From positions 1-63,107 of the IMG/VR virus record IMGVR_UViG_3300030104_000829: 63,107 nucleotides of DNA, one strand, 5' to 3'. Below the pieces are notes generated by a model. It did no database searches. It saw nothing but the letters and a program-made list of their open reading frames with translations, and was not told the DNA's origin. The position numbers were made by a program, and so were the translations under genes. The stretch is from a virus (Duplodnaviria > Caudoviricetes). Shown here piece after piece: positions 1 through 7,935 of the stretch. The stretch's first letter is position 1, and the number at the start of each line of letters is the position of its first letter.

Positions 1-133
1 GTATTGTATTACCTGTCTTGTGTTCGATGATAGGCACATAACTGTACGTTTTAGTTGTTGAACACTGAACACACGTTTTATAACCTAACTCGATCCGTAC
101 TGGGTGCACGGTTTGACCACATTTGCAATACAT
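1..133 (-). CDS. partial small zinc-finger-like protein (runs off the window)
   Basis: ATG at 133 just downstream of promoter motif copy; translates MYCKCGQTVHPVRIELGYKTCVQCS (CxC...CxxC). Confidence 0.6.
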   Translation of the reverse strand, partial: MYCKCGQTVHPVRIELGYKTCVQCSTTKTYSYVPIIEHKTGNTI

Positions 134-147
134 ATTTTTGTTTATTA

Positions 148-180
148 TATTATCTGTTGGTAATATTATTTTGTTTGTAA
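148..180 (-). promoter_or_regulatory. bipartite early promoter motif, copy 1
   Basis: minus strand TTACAAACA-N15-CAGATAATA; six copies with identical spacing. Confidence 0.8.
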
Positions 181-345
181 TAATTTGTTAAGTGCAACAT
201 TTATTACATACTCTTTCATTTCTTGATAGTCATCGCCTTCAAGAGGTGTGTCTGCTAATTGCCAATCAACACTGTCTTCAATTATTTCTTTCATGTGATC
301 CGCCACGCCTTGCGCTATAAGATCTAGTTCTTTCATTTTACTCAT
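166..345 (-). CDS. small acidic early protein (59 aa)
   Basis: MSKMKELDLIAQGVADH...LQTK; ATGA overlap with the upstream ORF. Confidence 0.6.
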   Translation of the reverse strand: MSKMKELDLIAQGVADHMKEIIEDSVDWQLADTPLEGDDYQEMKEYVINVALNKLLQTK

Positions 346-875
346 TTTGCATAGTTTTTAAGGTAATAGTTTAACATAAAGTTTAATCTTGTTATTGGTG
401 AATGTATAAGCGCACGAGCTTTAGTCATACCTTTTGATGTATACAACTCACCATTTTCTCTCTGCCATACGCATCTATAATTCTGCTCGTATGTAGGATT
501 TAGTTGATATGCTCTGTCTGCACCATTTTGCTTACGTACATAACCTGACTTGAAACAAGCCAGTCTTAGTCTTGGTAAATCTTTTAATTTAGAGTTTGGA
601 AACCAAGATCTACTGTGTGTTAATTGAAGACTTTCTTGTTTATTACGTTCTATAAACCACTTAAGTCTTTGTTTAGTATACGCAGGCACAGGAAACTCGA
701 ACTCACGAGTACCGTTTTTAGCTTGCCGCTGTGTTGTTATTTCTCTGATTCCGTAGTCGATAAGCATGCGCTTTACGAACTGTTCTTCGAGCATAAATTG
801 CTCAGCTTGATAATTTGTCATAGTGATTTTATTTGTTTTAATTGTTCTATTGAGTATCTTGATTGATATTTCCAC
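342..875 (-). CDS. hypothetical early protein
   Basis: 177-aa ORF in early gene train; true start may be MTNYQ at 821. Confidence 0.65.
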   Translation of the reverse strand: MEISIKILNRTIKTNKITMTNYQAEQFMLEEQFVKRMLIDYGIREITTQRQAKNGTREFEFPVPAYTKQRLKWFIERNKQESLQLTHSRSWFPNSKLKDLPRLRLACFKSGYVRKQNGADRAYQLNPTYEQNYRCVWQRENGELYTSKGMTKARALIHSPITRLNFMLNYYLKNYAK

Positions 876-1072
876 ATACGGTTGTGAGTGAACTTACGAA
901 ACTTAGTGAAGTTTTTCTTTTGGTTGACACGTACTCGATTGTACTCTTTGTCAGTAAGTCCACTACACCTGCCGTCATGGAGAGTTAGACGCCTATGCTC
1001 GTCTGCTCTGATTTTACGTTGTGCTTTAGCATAAGCGCACAATTCTTTCATGTTAGTTACTTTGTTATACAT
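818..1072 (-). CDS. hypothetical basic early protein
   Basis: 84-aa ORF overlapping both neighbours. Confidence 0.6.
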   Translation of the reverse strand: MYNKVTNMKELCAYAKAQRKIRADEHRRLTLHDGRCSGLTDKEYNRVRVNQKKNFTKFRKFTHNRMWKYQSRYSIEQLKQIKSL

Positions 1073-1214
1073 AAGTGTTATTGTTTATAGTGTAAAACTT
1101 GTTGTAACTTTGATAAGATTTTTCAAAATAGTATTTAGTATAAGGAACTTTAGTAAGTAAAGTATTATTATTTAATAGTATTTGATTGTTAGGTAAGAAT
1201 TTTATTGTTTGCAT
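1065..1214 (-). CDS. small early protein (49 aa)
   Basis: AATACTATG start directly after promoter copy 2; MQTIKFLPNN... Confidence 0.5.
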   Translation of the reverse strand: MQTIKFLPNNQILLNNNTLLTKVPYTKYYFEKSYQSYNKFYTINNNTYV

Positions 1215-1229
1215 AGTATTATTTATATA

Positions 1230-1262
1230 TATTATCTGCTAGTGATATTATTTTGTTTGTAA
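1230..1262 (-). promoter_or_regulatory. bipartite early promoter motif, copy 2
   Basis: TTACAAACA-N15-CAGATAATA. Confidence 0.8.
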
Positions 1263-1390
1263 TTAACTGTAGTATACATCAGTATATTCTTCTACTGTTA
1301 CAAATTTACCTAATTCATGAGAGTAAATCATATCATCTATTACATGCTCGTCATCAAACGACCATATTTTCTCGTGTGTATGTTTTATTT

Positions 1391-1588
1391 TCATCTGTAG
1401 TCAGTATTAGGTTGAATACTATTTGATACATTTTGACGGAATTGCCATTCACGTTTACGATATTCGTAGTCAGTACACCATTTTCTCCATGATTTACTTA
1501 CAGGTTTTTCACCCCATTCTGCTTCGAATTTATTTATTTGTTCTAGTTTTGCAGCGATTTGCTCTGCAGGATAATCTTGAAATTGCAT
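1391..1588 (-). CDS. hypothetical early protein
   Basis: 65-aa ORF with AATACTATG start. Confidence 0.65.
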   Translation of the reverse strand: MQFQDYPAEQIAAKLEQINKFEAEWGEKPVSKSWRKWCTDYEYRKREWQFRQNVSNSIQPNTDYR

Positions 1589-1592
1589 AGTA

Positions 1593-1727
1593 TTATTTAT
1601 TAGTTGATTTATAAAATTTTATTCTGTCTTGAACGTCTTTACGAGATATCTCGCCGCTCATTTGTTTTAGTATGTCGCTTGACATATCTATTTGTTTACC
1701 GTTAGGTAGATTTAGTATAAATTGCAT
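1593..1727 (-). CDS. small early protein (44 aa)
   Basis: AATACTATG start; MQFILNLPNGKQIDMS... Confidence 0.55.
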   Translation of the reverse strand: MQFILNLPNGKQIDMSSDILKQMSGEISRKDVQDRIKFYKSTNK

Positions 1728-1738
1728 AGTATTATATT

Positions 1739-1858
1739 TTAATAGAAATTATAGTATATATCTAACACTTTAGACTTTTGTTCATCAGTTAGTTTAGTAT
1801 AGTGCTTGTCGAATAGTCGCCAAGATATTTTTAGTAATGTGTAAGATTTAGTTGACAT
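1739..1858 (-). CDS. small early protein (39 aa)
   Basis: ATAACTATG start; MSTKSYTLLKISWRLFDKHY... Confidence 0.5.
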   Translation of the reverse strand: MSTKSYTLLKISWRLFDKHYTKLTDEQKSKVLDIYYNFY

Positions 1859-1869
1859 AGTTATATTAT

Positions 1870-2007
1870 TTAAAGAGTTATTAATTTAGTTTGGAAGCGT
1901 TGGTATACATATACTTCATCGAGTAATTCTTGTGGAAGAACTGGTAGTATTTCATGGTTACTTTGTAGCCATAGTGATAAGCGCGATATGTATTTTATAC
2001 GTTTCAT
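1870..2007 (-). CDS. small early protein (45 aa)
   Basis: ATG just downstream of promoter copy 3; MKRIKYISRL... Confidence 0.45.
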   Translation of the reverse strand: MKRIKYISRLSLWLQSNHEILPVLPQELLDEVYVYQRFQTKLITL

Positions 2008-2014
2008 TTTATTA

Positions 2015-2047
2015 TATTATCTGTGTTAGAAATTATTTTGTTTGTAG
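2015..2047 (-). promoter_or_regulatory. bipartite early promoter motif, copy 3
   Basis: CTACAAACA-N15-CAGATAATA. Confidence 0.75.
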
Positions 2048-2085
2048 ACATAGTGAGAATCGAACTCACTTTAACCATTATGTCT
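2045..2085 (-). ncRNA. anticodon-less tRNA-like minihelix (acceptor stem + GG loop + T-arm)
   Basis: AGACATA-ATGGTTAAA-GTGAG-TTCGATT-CTCAC-TATGTCT-A: perfect 7-bp acceptor, 5-bp T-stem, canonical T-loop. Confidence 0.7.
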
Positions 2086-2087
2086 TG

Positions 2088-2157
2088 CTCACGTGTATTT
2101 ACTCTGCCCAGTTAAGCCTGCTTCAAAGCCAAAGGTTCGGACAGTCACCCGTGTGAG
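2088..2157 (-). ncRNA. unknown structured RNA (interrupted rod)
   Basis: nested pairings CTCAC/GTGAG, CTGTCC/GGGCAG, CCT/AGG, GCT/AGC in a GC-rich intergenic island. Confidence 0.5.
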
Positions 2158-2177
2158 ATTTTATTTTGAAATGTAGT

Positions 2178-2408
2178 TTACTTTACTTCGACTACATTTC
2201 TTACTGAAACTGGTACGTTATTTGATGAAGTATAAGATTTATACTTGAGAAAACATGGCATAGTTTCTAGTTTACTTTTCATAATTTCAAATACTTTATC
2301 GTGATCATAAGTACAAGTTTTGCCATTTTTAAAGTTGACAGTTATAGTTTGATTTTTACCGATTAAAGATTTTCTGATTACGAATCTTTTAGAAATTAAA
2401 TTTTGCAT
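2178..2408 (-). CDS. hypothetical early protein
   Basis: 76-aa ORF after promoter copy 4. Confidence 0.7.
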   Translation of the reverse strand: MQNLISKRFVIRKSLIGKNQTITVNFKNGKTCTYDHDKVFEIMKSKLETMPCFLKYKSYTSSNNVPVSVRNVVEVK

Positions 2409-2447
2409 AGTTATTATTATTAAGTTATTATTATTTAGTTACATTTA

Positions 2448-2480
2448 TATTATCTGTAATGTGTTTAGTTTTGTTTGTAA
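2448..2480 (-). promoter_or_regulatory. bipartite early promoter motif, copy 4
   Basis: TTACAAACA-N15-CAGATAATA. Confidence 0.8.
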
Positions 2481-2532
2481 AAGTTGTATATTTATTTAAT
2501 TGTTAGTAATGTTAGTAAAGTACTGCACGAAG

Positions 2533-2616
2533 TGTCATAATGTCATATAGATGTCATATTGTCATTAAGACATATTGTCATAGTTATCAGTGACTTACTG
2601 TCATGTCAACTTGTCA
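2533..2616. repeat. cluster of 8 direct TGTCA repeats (iteron-like)
   Basis: TGTCA at 2533, 2541, 2552, 2560, 2576, 2599, 2604, 2612 in non-coding DNA. Confidence 0.75.
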
Positions 2617-2621
2617 TATAG

Positions 2622-2729
2622 TTATATTGTAGTAATAACGTGGACAAGAATCATAGTTAGACATGGTATAATAAAAGTGATTGTAAATATTAAACCGATT
2701 GTTTGAGTGATATTATCTTTTTTAAGCAT
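2622..2729 (-). CDS. small single-TM peptide (35 aa)
   Basis: first ORF after promoter copy 5; hydrophobic IGLIFTITFIIPCLTMILVHVI. Confidence 0.5.
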   Translation of the reverse strand: MLKKDNITQTIGLIFTITFIIPCLTMILVHVITTI

Positions 2730-2757
2730 AGTATTATTTTAAATTGTTTTACAGTTA

Positions 2758-2790
2758 TATTATCTGCAAAAAGCCTAAATCTGTTTGTAA
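2758..2790 (-). promoter_or_regulatory. bipartite early promoter motif, copy 5
   Basis: TTACAAACA-N15-CAGATAATA. Confidence 0.8.
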
Positions 2791-2907
2791 AAATGCTAAA
2801 AAAAAGGCTAGGGGTGGCAAAAAAAGCTAAATTTTCCTAGAATTACAGATAAAAAACGGGTAGGGGGAACACAATTGCTCTCTATTTGTAACGTTTTTTT
2901 AAAATAG

Positions 2908-2948
2908 GACATAAGCCTTATAAAGTATATAAGTAACAGTCTATTGTC
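2908..2948. promoter_or_regulatory. inverted-repeat binding site, copy A
   Basis: GACATAAGCC-N21-GTCTATTGTC; same architecture at 58646-58686. Confidence 0.6.
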
Positions 2949-3010
2949 ACACTTGTAAAAATCTCACTTTATCTGTAAGTATATATAATATAAGAAATTA
3001 ACAAAGAACT

Positions 3011-4237
3011 ATGGCAATAATTAACTCTTACCCAACAGTAACACCTACAGGTAGTGATCTTATAATAGGTACTGATGTATCTACTACACCTAACTCTACT
3101 AAGACATTTACTATCGATAGCATAAACGCACTAGCGACTGGAACACCAGCTGCTGGAACACTAAATACATTAGCATTATTCACTAGCGCTGTAGCGATAG
3201 GTGATTCAACAATAGTAAGATCAGGTGCAGGAGCTACTTCTACTTATACTTTTGGTGGAGGAACAGCTATAAACAACACATCGATAACAACTGATGATTT
3301 AACTACAAACGGCAATACAATATTAGGTAACGCTGGCACAGATACATTAACAGTTAACGCTGCTACAACTTTCGCAGATGACGTTACTGTAAACGGAAAT
3401 TTAAAAAGTTTAATAATGGGGCTAACTAGTCCTATAAAGTTTCTTGATGGTGCTGGTTCTCCAAGATTAACAATTGGAGGAAATATAACAGGTAATTCAG
3501 TTATAAACGAGTCAGGAGCTGGAGATCTTATTTTAGCCTCTAATACAGAAGTTGAAATTAAGTCAGGGGAACTAGGAGAAAACTTTGCTAAATTCACAAA
3601 AGACGGACCTATTGAACTTTACTACGATAACGTTAAAAAGTTTGAAACAACAAACACTGGTGTTACAATAACAGGTACTCAATCTTCTTTCAGTGGCCAA
3701 GTGACTATACCAACAACACCTGTAGCAGCTACAGACGCCGCTTCTAAATCATATGTTGATACTTCTATATCTGGAGCTGCATATTTACCTTTAGCAGGTG
3801 GAACAATGTCTGGCGATATTATATTATCGGATAATGTAAAATTAGAGGTTGGAGACGCAGCAGGTGGTGATTTACAAATATATCATGATGGTTCTGATAG
3901 TTATATAGACGAACAAGGAACTGGAGATCTTAAAATAAAAGGTTCTACTAATGTATACATATCTACATCAAGTGGTGGAACAATGGCACAATTTACTGAT
4001 AGTGGTAGTGCTTTTCTTTATCACTCAGGTAATTTAAGATTAGGAACTATGGCGGCTGGTGTTACAGCATACGGTGATGTTACTACTACTGGTCAATTTA
4101 GAGTAAACGCATTAAACGCAGCTCCTGCCTCAGCTTCAGCAGCAGGTACTTTAGGAGAAATAAGATTTACAGCAGACCATATATATGTGTGCGTAGCAAC
4201 AAACACATGGAAAAGAGTTGCTATAGCTACTTTCTAG
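3011..4237 (+). CDS. tail fibre/virion structural protein
   Basis: G/T/S-rich; YLPLAGGTMSG, DLQIYHDGSDSYI and C-terminal YVCVATNTWKR motifs typical of phage fibres. Confidence 0.7.
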   Translation: MAIINSYPTVTPTGSDLIIGTDVSTTPNSTKTFTIDSINALATGTPAAGTLNTLALFTSAVAIGDSTIVRSGAGATSTYTFGGGTAINNTSITTDDLTTNGNTILGNAGTDTLTVNAATTFADDVTVNGNLKSLIMGLTSPIKFLDGAGSPRLTIGGNITGNSVINESGAGDLILASNTEVEIKSGELGENFAKFTKDGPIELYYDNVKKFETTNTGVTITGTQSSFSGQVTIPTTPVAATDAASKSYVDTSISGAAYLPLAGGTMSGDIILSDNVKLEVGDAAGGDLQIYHDGSDSYIDEQGTGDLKIKGSTNVYISTSSGGTMAQFTDSGSAFLYHSGNLRLGTMAAGVTAYGDVTTTGQFRVNALNAAPASASAAGTLGEIRFTADHIYVCVATNTWKRVAIATF

Positions 4238-4324
4238 TAAAATTCACCAAAACCAAGTGAATATATAAAATATACCCGGCACGGGAAAGTGCAAACCAAA
4301 TATTAACAATTAAAACCAAAACCA

Positions 4325-4615
4325 ATGACGTTTTATTATCAGACTCAATCGTGGTCTAGTCAACCACAAATAACCGAAGAAGCCAAGAGTTTATGGGATC
4401 ATGTAGTTCAAAAGAAAAACTGGAGAATAGTACAGCTACCAAATGGTTTCTACCAAACTGAATACCTTGACCCTAATGAAGAAGATACATGGGTCGATGT
4501 AACGAGACGCGAAACAATTGAAGGTGCTGAATCAGCAATAGATGCTTCGATTAACCACTATGAGAAAAAATTAGCTCATATTCGCGGACCACAAGTCGTT
4601 AAGACTTTTAAATAG
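4325..4615 (+). CDS. hypothetical protein
   Basis: 96-aa ORF preceding groEL. Confidence 0.7.
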   Translation: MTFYYQTQSWSSQPQITEEAKSLWDHVVQKKNWRIVQLPNGFYQTEYLDPNEEDTWVDVTRRETIEGAESAIDASINHYEKKLAHIRGPQVVKTFK

Positions 4616-4647
4616 TAAAAGTAAATTAAATTAAATTAAATTAAATT

Positions 4648-6204
4648 ATGTCAGACTTAATAGTCAAAAACCTTAACTTTGGTGACAAAGCTAGGGAAGA
4701 AGTATTTAAAGGTATAACAAAACTCACAAATGCTGTTAGCTCCACACTTGGAGCTAGCGGTAAATGTGTAATGTTAGAAGATCACAATGGTAAACCAGTT
4801 ATAACTAAAGATGGTGTAACTGTTGCCGATTCAGTAATATTGAGAAACCCTGTTGAAAACATGGGTGCTACACTTATAAAAGAAGCGGCACGCAAAACAG
4901 TTAGAGAAGCTGGAGACGGCACAACAACAGCAACAGTATTAGCGCATGCTATATTAGAAGAAGCTTATAAGGTTTCTAATAAAACAAACTCAAGAGAATT
5001 AAAAGAAGGTATAAACAAAAGTGTTAAAAAAGTAGTAAAATACTTAGAATCAATTTCAGTTCCAGTAAAAGGAGACATGCTAAAACAAGTTGCTTCAATA
5101 TCTACTAATAATGATGAAGTTCTTGGATCTATTATAGCAGATGCTTTTAATTCTGTAGAAAACACTGGTGTTGTTATGATGGAAACAGCTGAAGATGGAA
5201 AAACAAGTTTTGAAGTTATAGATGGAGTTCAATACGATAAAGGATTAAAAAACTCTCATTTTATAAATAATAAACAAAACAAGTCTGCTGAACTAGAAAA
5301 TCCACTAGTATTATTAATTGAATCACCAGTTGATACAATTAGACAAATTCAACCCGTGCTAGAGCACGTAATAAAAAACAATAAACCCTTGCTTATTATA
5401 GGCGATTTAGAACAGGGTGTTTTATCAGCTCTAGCAATGAATAAGATGAAGGGTAATATAAAAGTCAATGTTATAGACGCGCCTACATATGGAGTAAACA
5501 AACAGCAAATGCTACAAGATTTATCCATGCTTACTGGTGCTACTATAATAAATGAAGACTTAGGTGATGATATGGAGATGATACAAGTAGATCATTTAGG
5601 TTCATGCTTAAAAAGTGTTACCACCTATGATAATACTGTTCTTCAAATAGCTAATCAATCAGATGAAACAAAAGCTATAATTGAAGATATAAAAGAAAAA
5701 GTATTAAAAGAAAAAAATCCTAATTTAGTTATAAAATTAGAAAAAAGACTAGCAATGTTAGCTGCTAAAATAGCTATAGTTAAAGTAGGTGCTAATTCTG
5801 AAATTGAATTAAAAGAAAAACTAGATAGAGTCGAAGACGCTATTTGTGCTACTAAAGCTGCTGTTAAAGAAGGCATAGTTTCAGGTGGGGGTATTGCTTT
5901 GTTAAACGCTGCTTTAAAAATGAAAGGGAAAAGTGATGGTGAAAAAGTTTTAAGCAAAGCTATATTATCTCCGTATAAAACAATACTGCATAATGCTGGA
6001 ATTGAAAACAAAGAAATACCAGCAAAAGAAAAATATGGTATTGATGTAGTTACAGGAAATATGGTACATATGATTAATTACGGTATAATAGATCCGTTAT
6101 TAGTTACAAAAAGCGCTCTTCAAAACGCAGCTTCTGTAGCAACAACAATACTTTCCACTGATTGTGTAATCAATAATTTAAGAATAGATGAAAGCAATAG
6201 GTAG
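4648..6204 (+). CDS. groEL: phage group I chaperonin GroEL
   Basis: [32 protein letters not shown] motifs; no GGM tail. Confidence 0.97.
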   Translation: MSDLIVKNLNFGDKAREEVFKGITKLTNAVSSTLGASGKCVMLEDHNGKPVITKDGVTVADSVILRNPVENMGATLIKEAARKTVREAGDGTTTATVLAHAILEEAYKVSNKTNSRELKEGINKSVKKVVKYLESISVPVKGDMLKQVASISTNNDEVLGSIIADAFNSVENTGVVMMETAEDGKTSFEVIDGVQYDKGLKNSHFINNKQNKSAELENPLVLLIESPVDTIRQIQPVLEHVIKNNKPLLIIGDLEQGVLSALAMNKMKGNIKVNVIDAPTYGVNKQQMLQDLSMLTGATIINEDLGDDMEMIQVDHLGSCLKSVTTYDNTVLQIANQSDETKAIIEDIKEKVLKEKNPNLVIKLEKRLAMLAAKIAIVKVGANSEIELKEKLDRVEDAICATKAAVKEGIVSGGGIALLNAALKMKGKSDGEKVLSKAILSPYKTILHNAGIENKEIPAKEKYGIDVVTGNMVHMINYGIIDPLLVTKSALQNAASVATTILSTDCVINNLRIDESNR

Positions 6205-6448
6205 GAATTTAATTATAAAAAAAATAAAAGAAGGAACTACTAAAACAAAAGGTGGTTTACTTTTAGCTGAAAACCAAAGATCAGATATAAGATATATAGA
6301 AGCCAATGTTATTTCTGTTGGTACTGATGTAGCTGGAATAAGCGAAAATGATACTATATTTTATGACAGACACGCTGGTCATACTATAGAAATAAATAAA
6401 AAATCTTATAGTGTTATAAAAGCTCAAGATGTAGTGTTAGTGACATGA
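6188..6448 (+). CDS. groES: co-chaperonin GroES
   Basis: 86 aa, mobile loop TKTKGGLLL, VISVG; adjacent to groEL. Confidence 0.9.
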   Translation: MKAIGRNLIIKKIKEGTTKTKGGLLLAENQRSDIRYIEANVISVGTDVAGISENDTIFYDRHAGHTIEINKKSYSVIKAQDVVLVT

Positions 6449-6891
6449 GATCATTAACGGCTAGTGACATTAAAGATTTAAGTCTACTAAAGCATTACAG
6501 AATAATAAGAAAATGGGCTTGTAAAAATAATAGTTTAAACGATGCTGATTTAGAGTTATTAATTTATTTAGATTGTATAGGATTATTTAGTATAAAAGAT
6601 TTTAAACAAGGCACATATTCTTATAGTTGGGATACAAGACGCTGGGCTAAATTAATAGACAATGAATGGGTTGTTATATGGAGGAAAAGAAATAGATCAA
6701 CTCAAAAGCATAATTTATACCAATTGTCATTTAAAGGTAAGCAACTTATAAAAAGAATATATAGAATAATGCTAGGCGAAGAAGACTTGCCAACAAGCAT
6801 TAGAAGAAATAAATTAATGGCTGGTAAAAGTTATACAGATAAAGTTTTATCAAAAGCTATTGAAAATGTAAATAAAGATAAACACAGATGA
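6445..6891 (+). CDS. putative winged-helix DNA-binding protein
   Basis: LNDADLELLIYL...YQLSFKGKQLI resembles MarR-type wHTH. Confidence 0.5.
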   Translation: MRSLTASDIKDLSLLKHYRIIRKWACKNNSLNDADLELLIYLDCIGLFSIKDFKQGTYSYSWDTRRWAKLIDNEWVVIWRKRNRSTQKHNLYQLSFKGKQLIKRIYRIMLGEEDLPTSIRRNKLMAGKSYTDKVLSKAIENVNKDKHR

Positions 6892-7244
6892 TTAATAAAG
6901 ATAATGATAGTCCACTAGGTTTTGGTATATTTGGAAGTATAGGTAGAGCTCTTGGAATAAAACGCCCACGAGGCAACAGACTTGAGCAAAATATAATGTC
7001 TAAACTAGATGCTATAAGTGAACAAATATCTCAATCTACAGGAGCTACACCACAAGACGCTGCTAACCCAGTTGAGCCAGCAGCTATAAATACAGTTGAA
7101 GAAAATGCTATGCAAGCCGCGGATATGGTGGCGAATGGAGTAGGTACCGCTGCTTCAAGTGGTGATTTAAATGCTGATAAAGTTTTTGGAACTCCATTAG
7201 AAAGACAGAGATCTGTAAGTAAAAAATATTTAAAAAAAAATTAA
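6888..7244 (+). CDS. hypothetical protein (SP-motif cluster)
   Basis: 118-aa ORF, DSPLG near N-terminus. Confidence 0.6.
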   Translation: MINKDNDSPLGFGIFGSIGRALGIKRPRGNRLEQNIMSKLDAISEQISQSTGATPQDAANPVEPAAINTVEENAMQAADMVANGVGTAASSGDLNADKVFGTPLERQRSVSKKYLKKN

Positions 7245-7254
7245 ACAACTAATT

Positions 7255-7464
7255 ATGAGCATGCACGATATTGAAAAAATTAAAAAAAATCCTAAATTAT
7301 CAGGGCAGATAGGTGAAAACGCTGTATGGGACGGTCCATTAAGTAAAGTAGGTTTTCCAATGGGCGTTGGTAATAGCAATGGTATTACAGGTATGCAGGT
7401 ATCTAAGTATCCTTGCAAATATGAAGCAGGACCAATAACACAAAAAGCTAAAGTATATAAATAA
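7255..7464 (+). CDS. hypothetical protein
   Basis: 69-aa ORF in operon. Confidence 0.65.
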   Translation: MSMHDIEKIKKNPKLSGQIGENAVWDGPLSKVGFPMGVGNSNGITGMQVSKYPCKYEAGPITQKAKVYK

Positions 7465-7688
7465 TGTATAGATCACCATTTTTAAAAAAAGACGATTTTC
7501 CTGAAATAAAAAAAGAAAATCAAGGAAAATTTACATCTTGGGCTAAAGAAAACGGCTTTAAAGACGCTTGTAGCGGCGCGTCTGCAGTTATGGGTAATAA
7601 AGAAAAATACAAAGGAAAAAAATACAAAGGTAGCGATGTCATTGAAATGGCTAACTATGCTAAAAACTTTGGTTGTTCTAAAAAATAA
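7464..7688 (+). CDS. small basic protein
   Basis: MYRSPFLKK...GKFTSWAK...ANYAKNF. Confidence 0.65.
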   Translation: MYRSPFLKKDDFPEIKKENQGKFTSWAKENGFKDACSGASAVMGNKEKYKGKKYKGSDVIEMANYAKNFGCSKK

Positions 7689-7691
7689 ATT

Positions 7692-7925
7692 ATGATAAGT
7701 AAATCACCATTTAAACAAGACAAATGTGCTGAAGCTAAAGCAAAGAAAAAAGCTGAGTATATGTCTAGAAAATCTAAAACCACACTTAAAAAAGTTGATG
7801 GTAAATATAAGAAAGTAGAAGTACCTATAAGTGAAGCTGAAAATTTAAAAGAGTTTAACAGAGAAATAAATGAGTTTGAGTGTGTGAACGGTAAACTTAA
7901 AATAAAGCAAGATCCCAACGATTAA
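7692..7925 (+). CDS. small basic protein
   Basis: MISKSPFKQ, Lys-rich. Confidence 0.6.
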   Translation: MISKSPFKQDKCAEAKAKKKAEYMSRKSKTTLKKVDGKYKKVEVPISEAENLKEFNREINEFECVNGKLKIKQDPND

Positions 7926-7935
7926 AAATAAAATT

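Noticed and set aside
1-133. Exact circular join of the window ends
   Set aside because: No terminal overlap is visible; joining gives only a short uninformative tail, so closure cannot be claimed
1932-2156. Plus-strand 74-aa ORF
   Set aside because: Antisense to the promoter, minihelix and early ORF; GTG start
148-2790. Repeated motif as a CRISPR array
   Set aside because: Spacing between copies is irregular (about 300-1100 bp), the middle is variable, ORFs lie between copies and no cas genes are present; promoter fits better
4623-4647. AAATT pentamer repeats before groEL and other genes
   Set aside because: Consistent with ordinary A-rich SD-less Bacteroidota translation initiation regions
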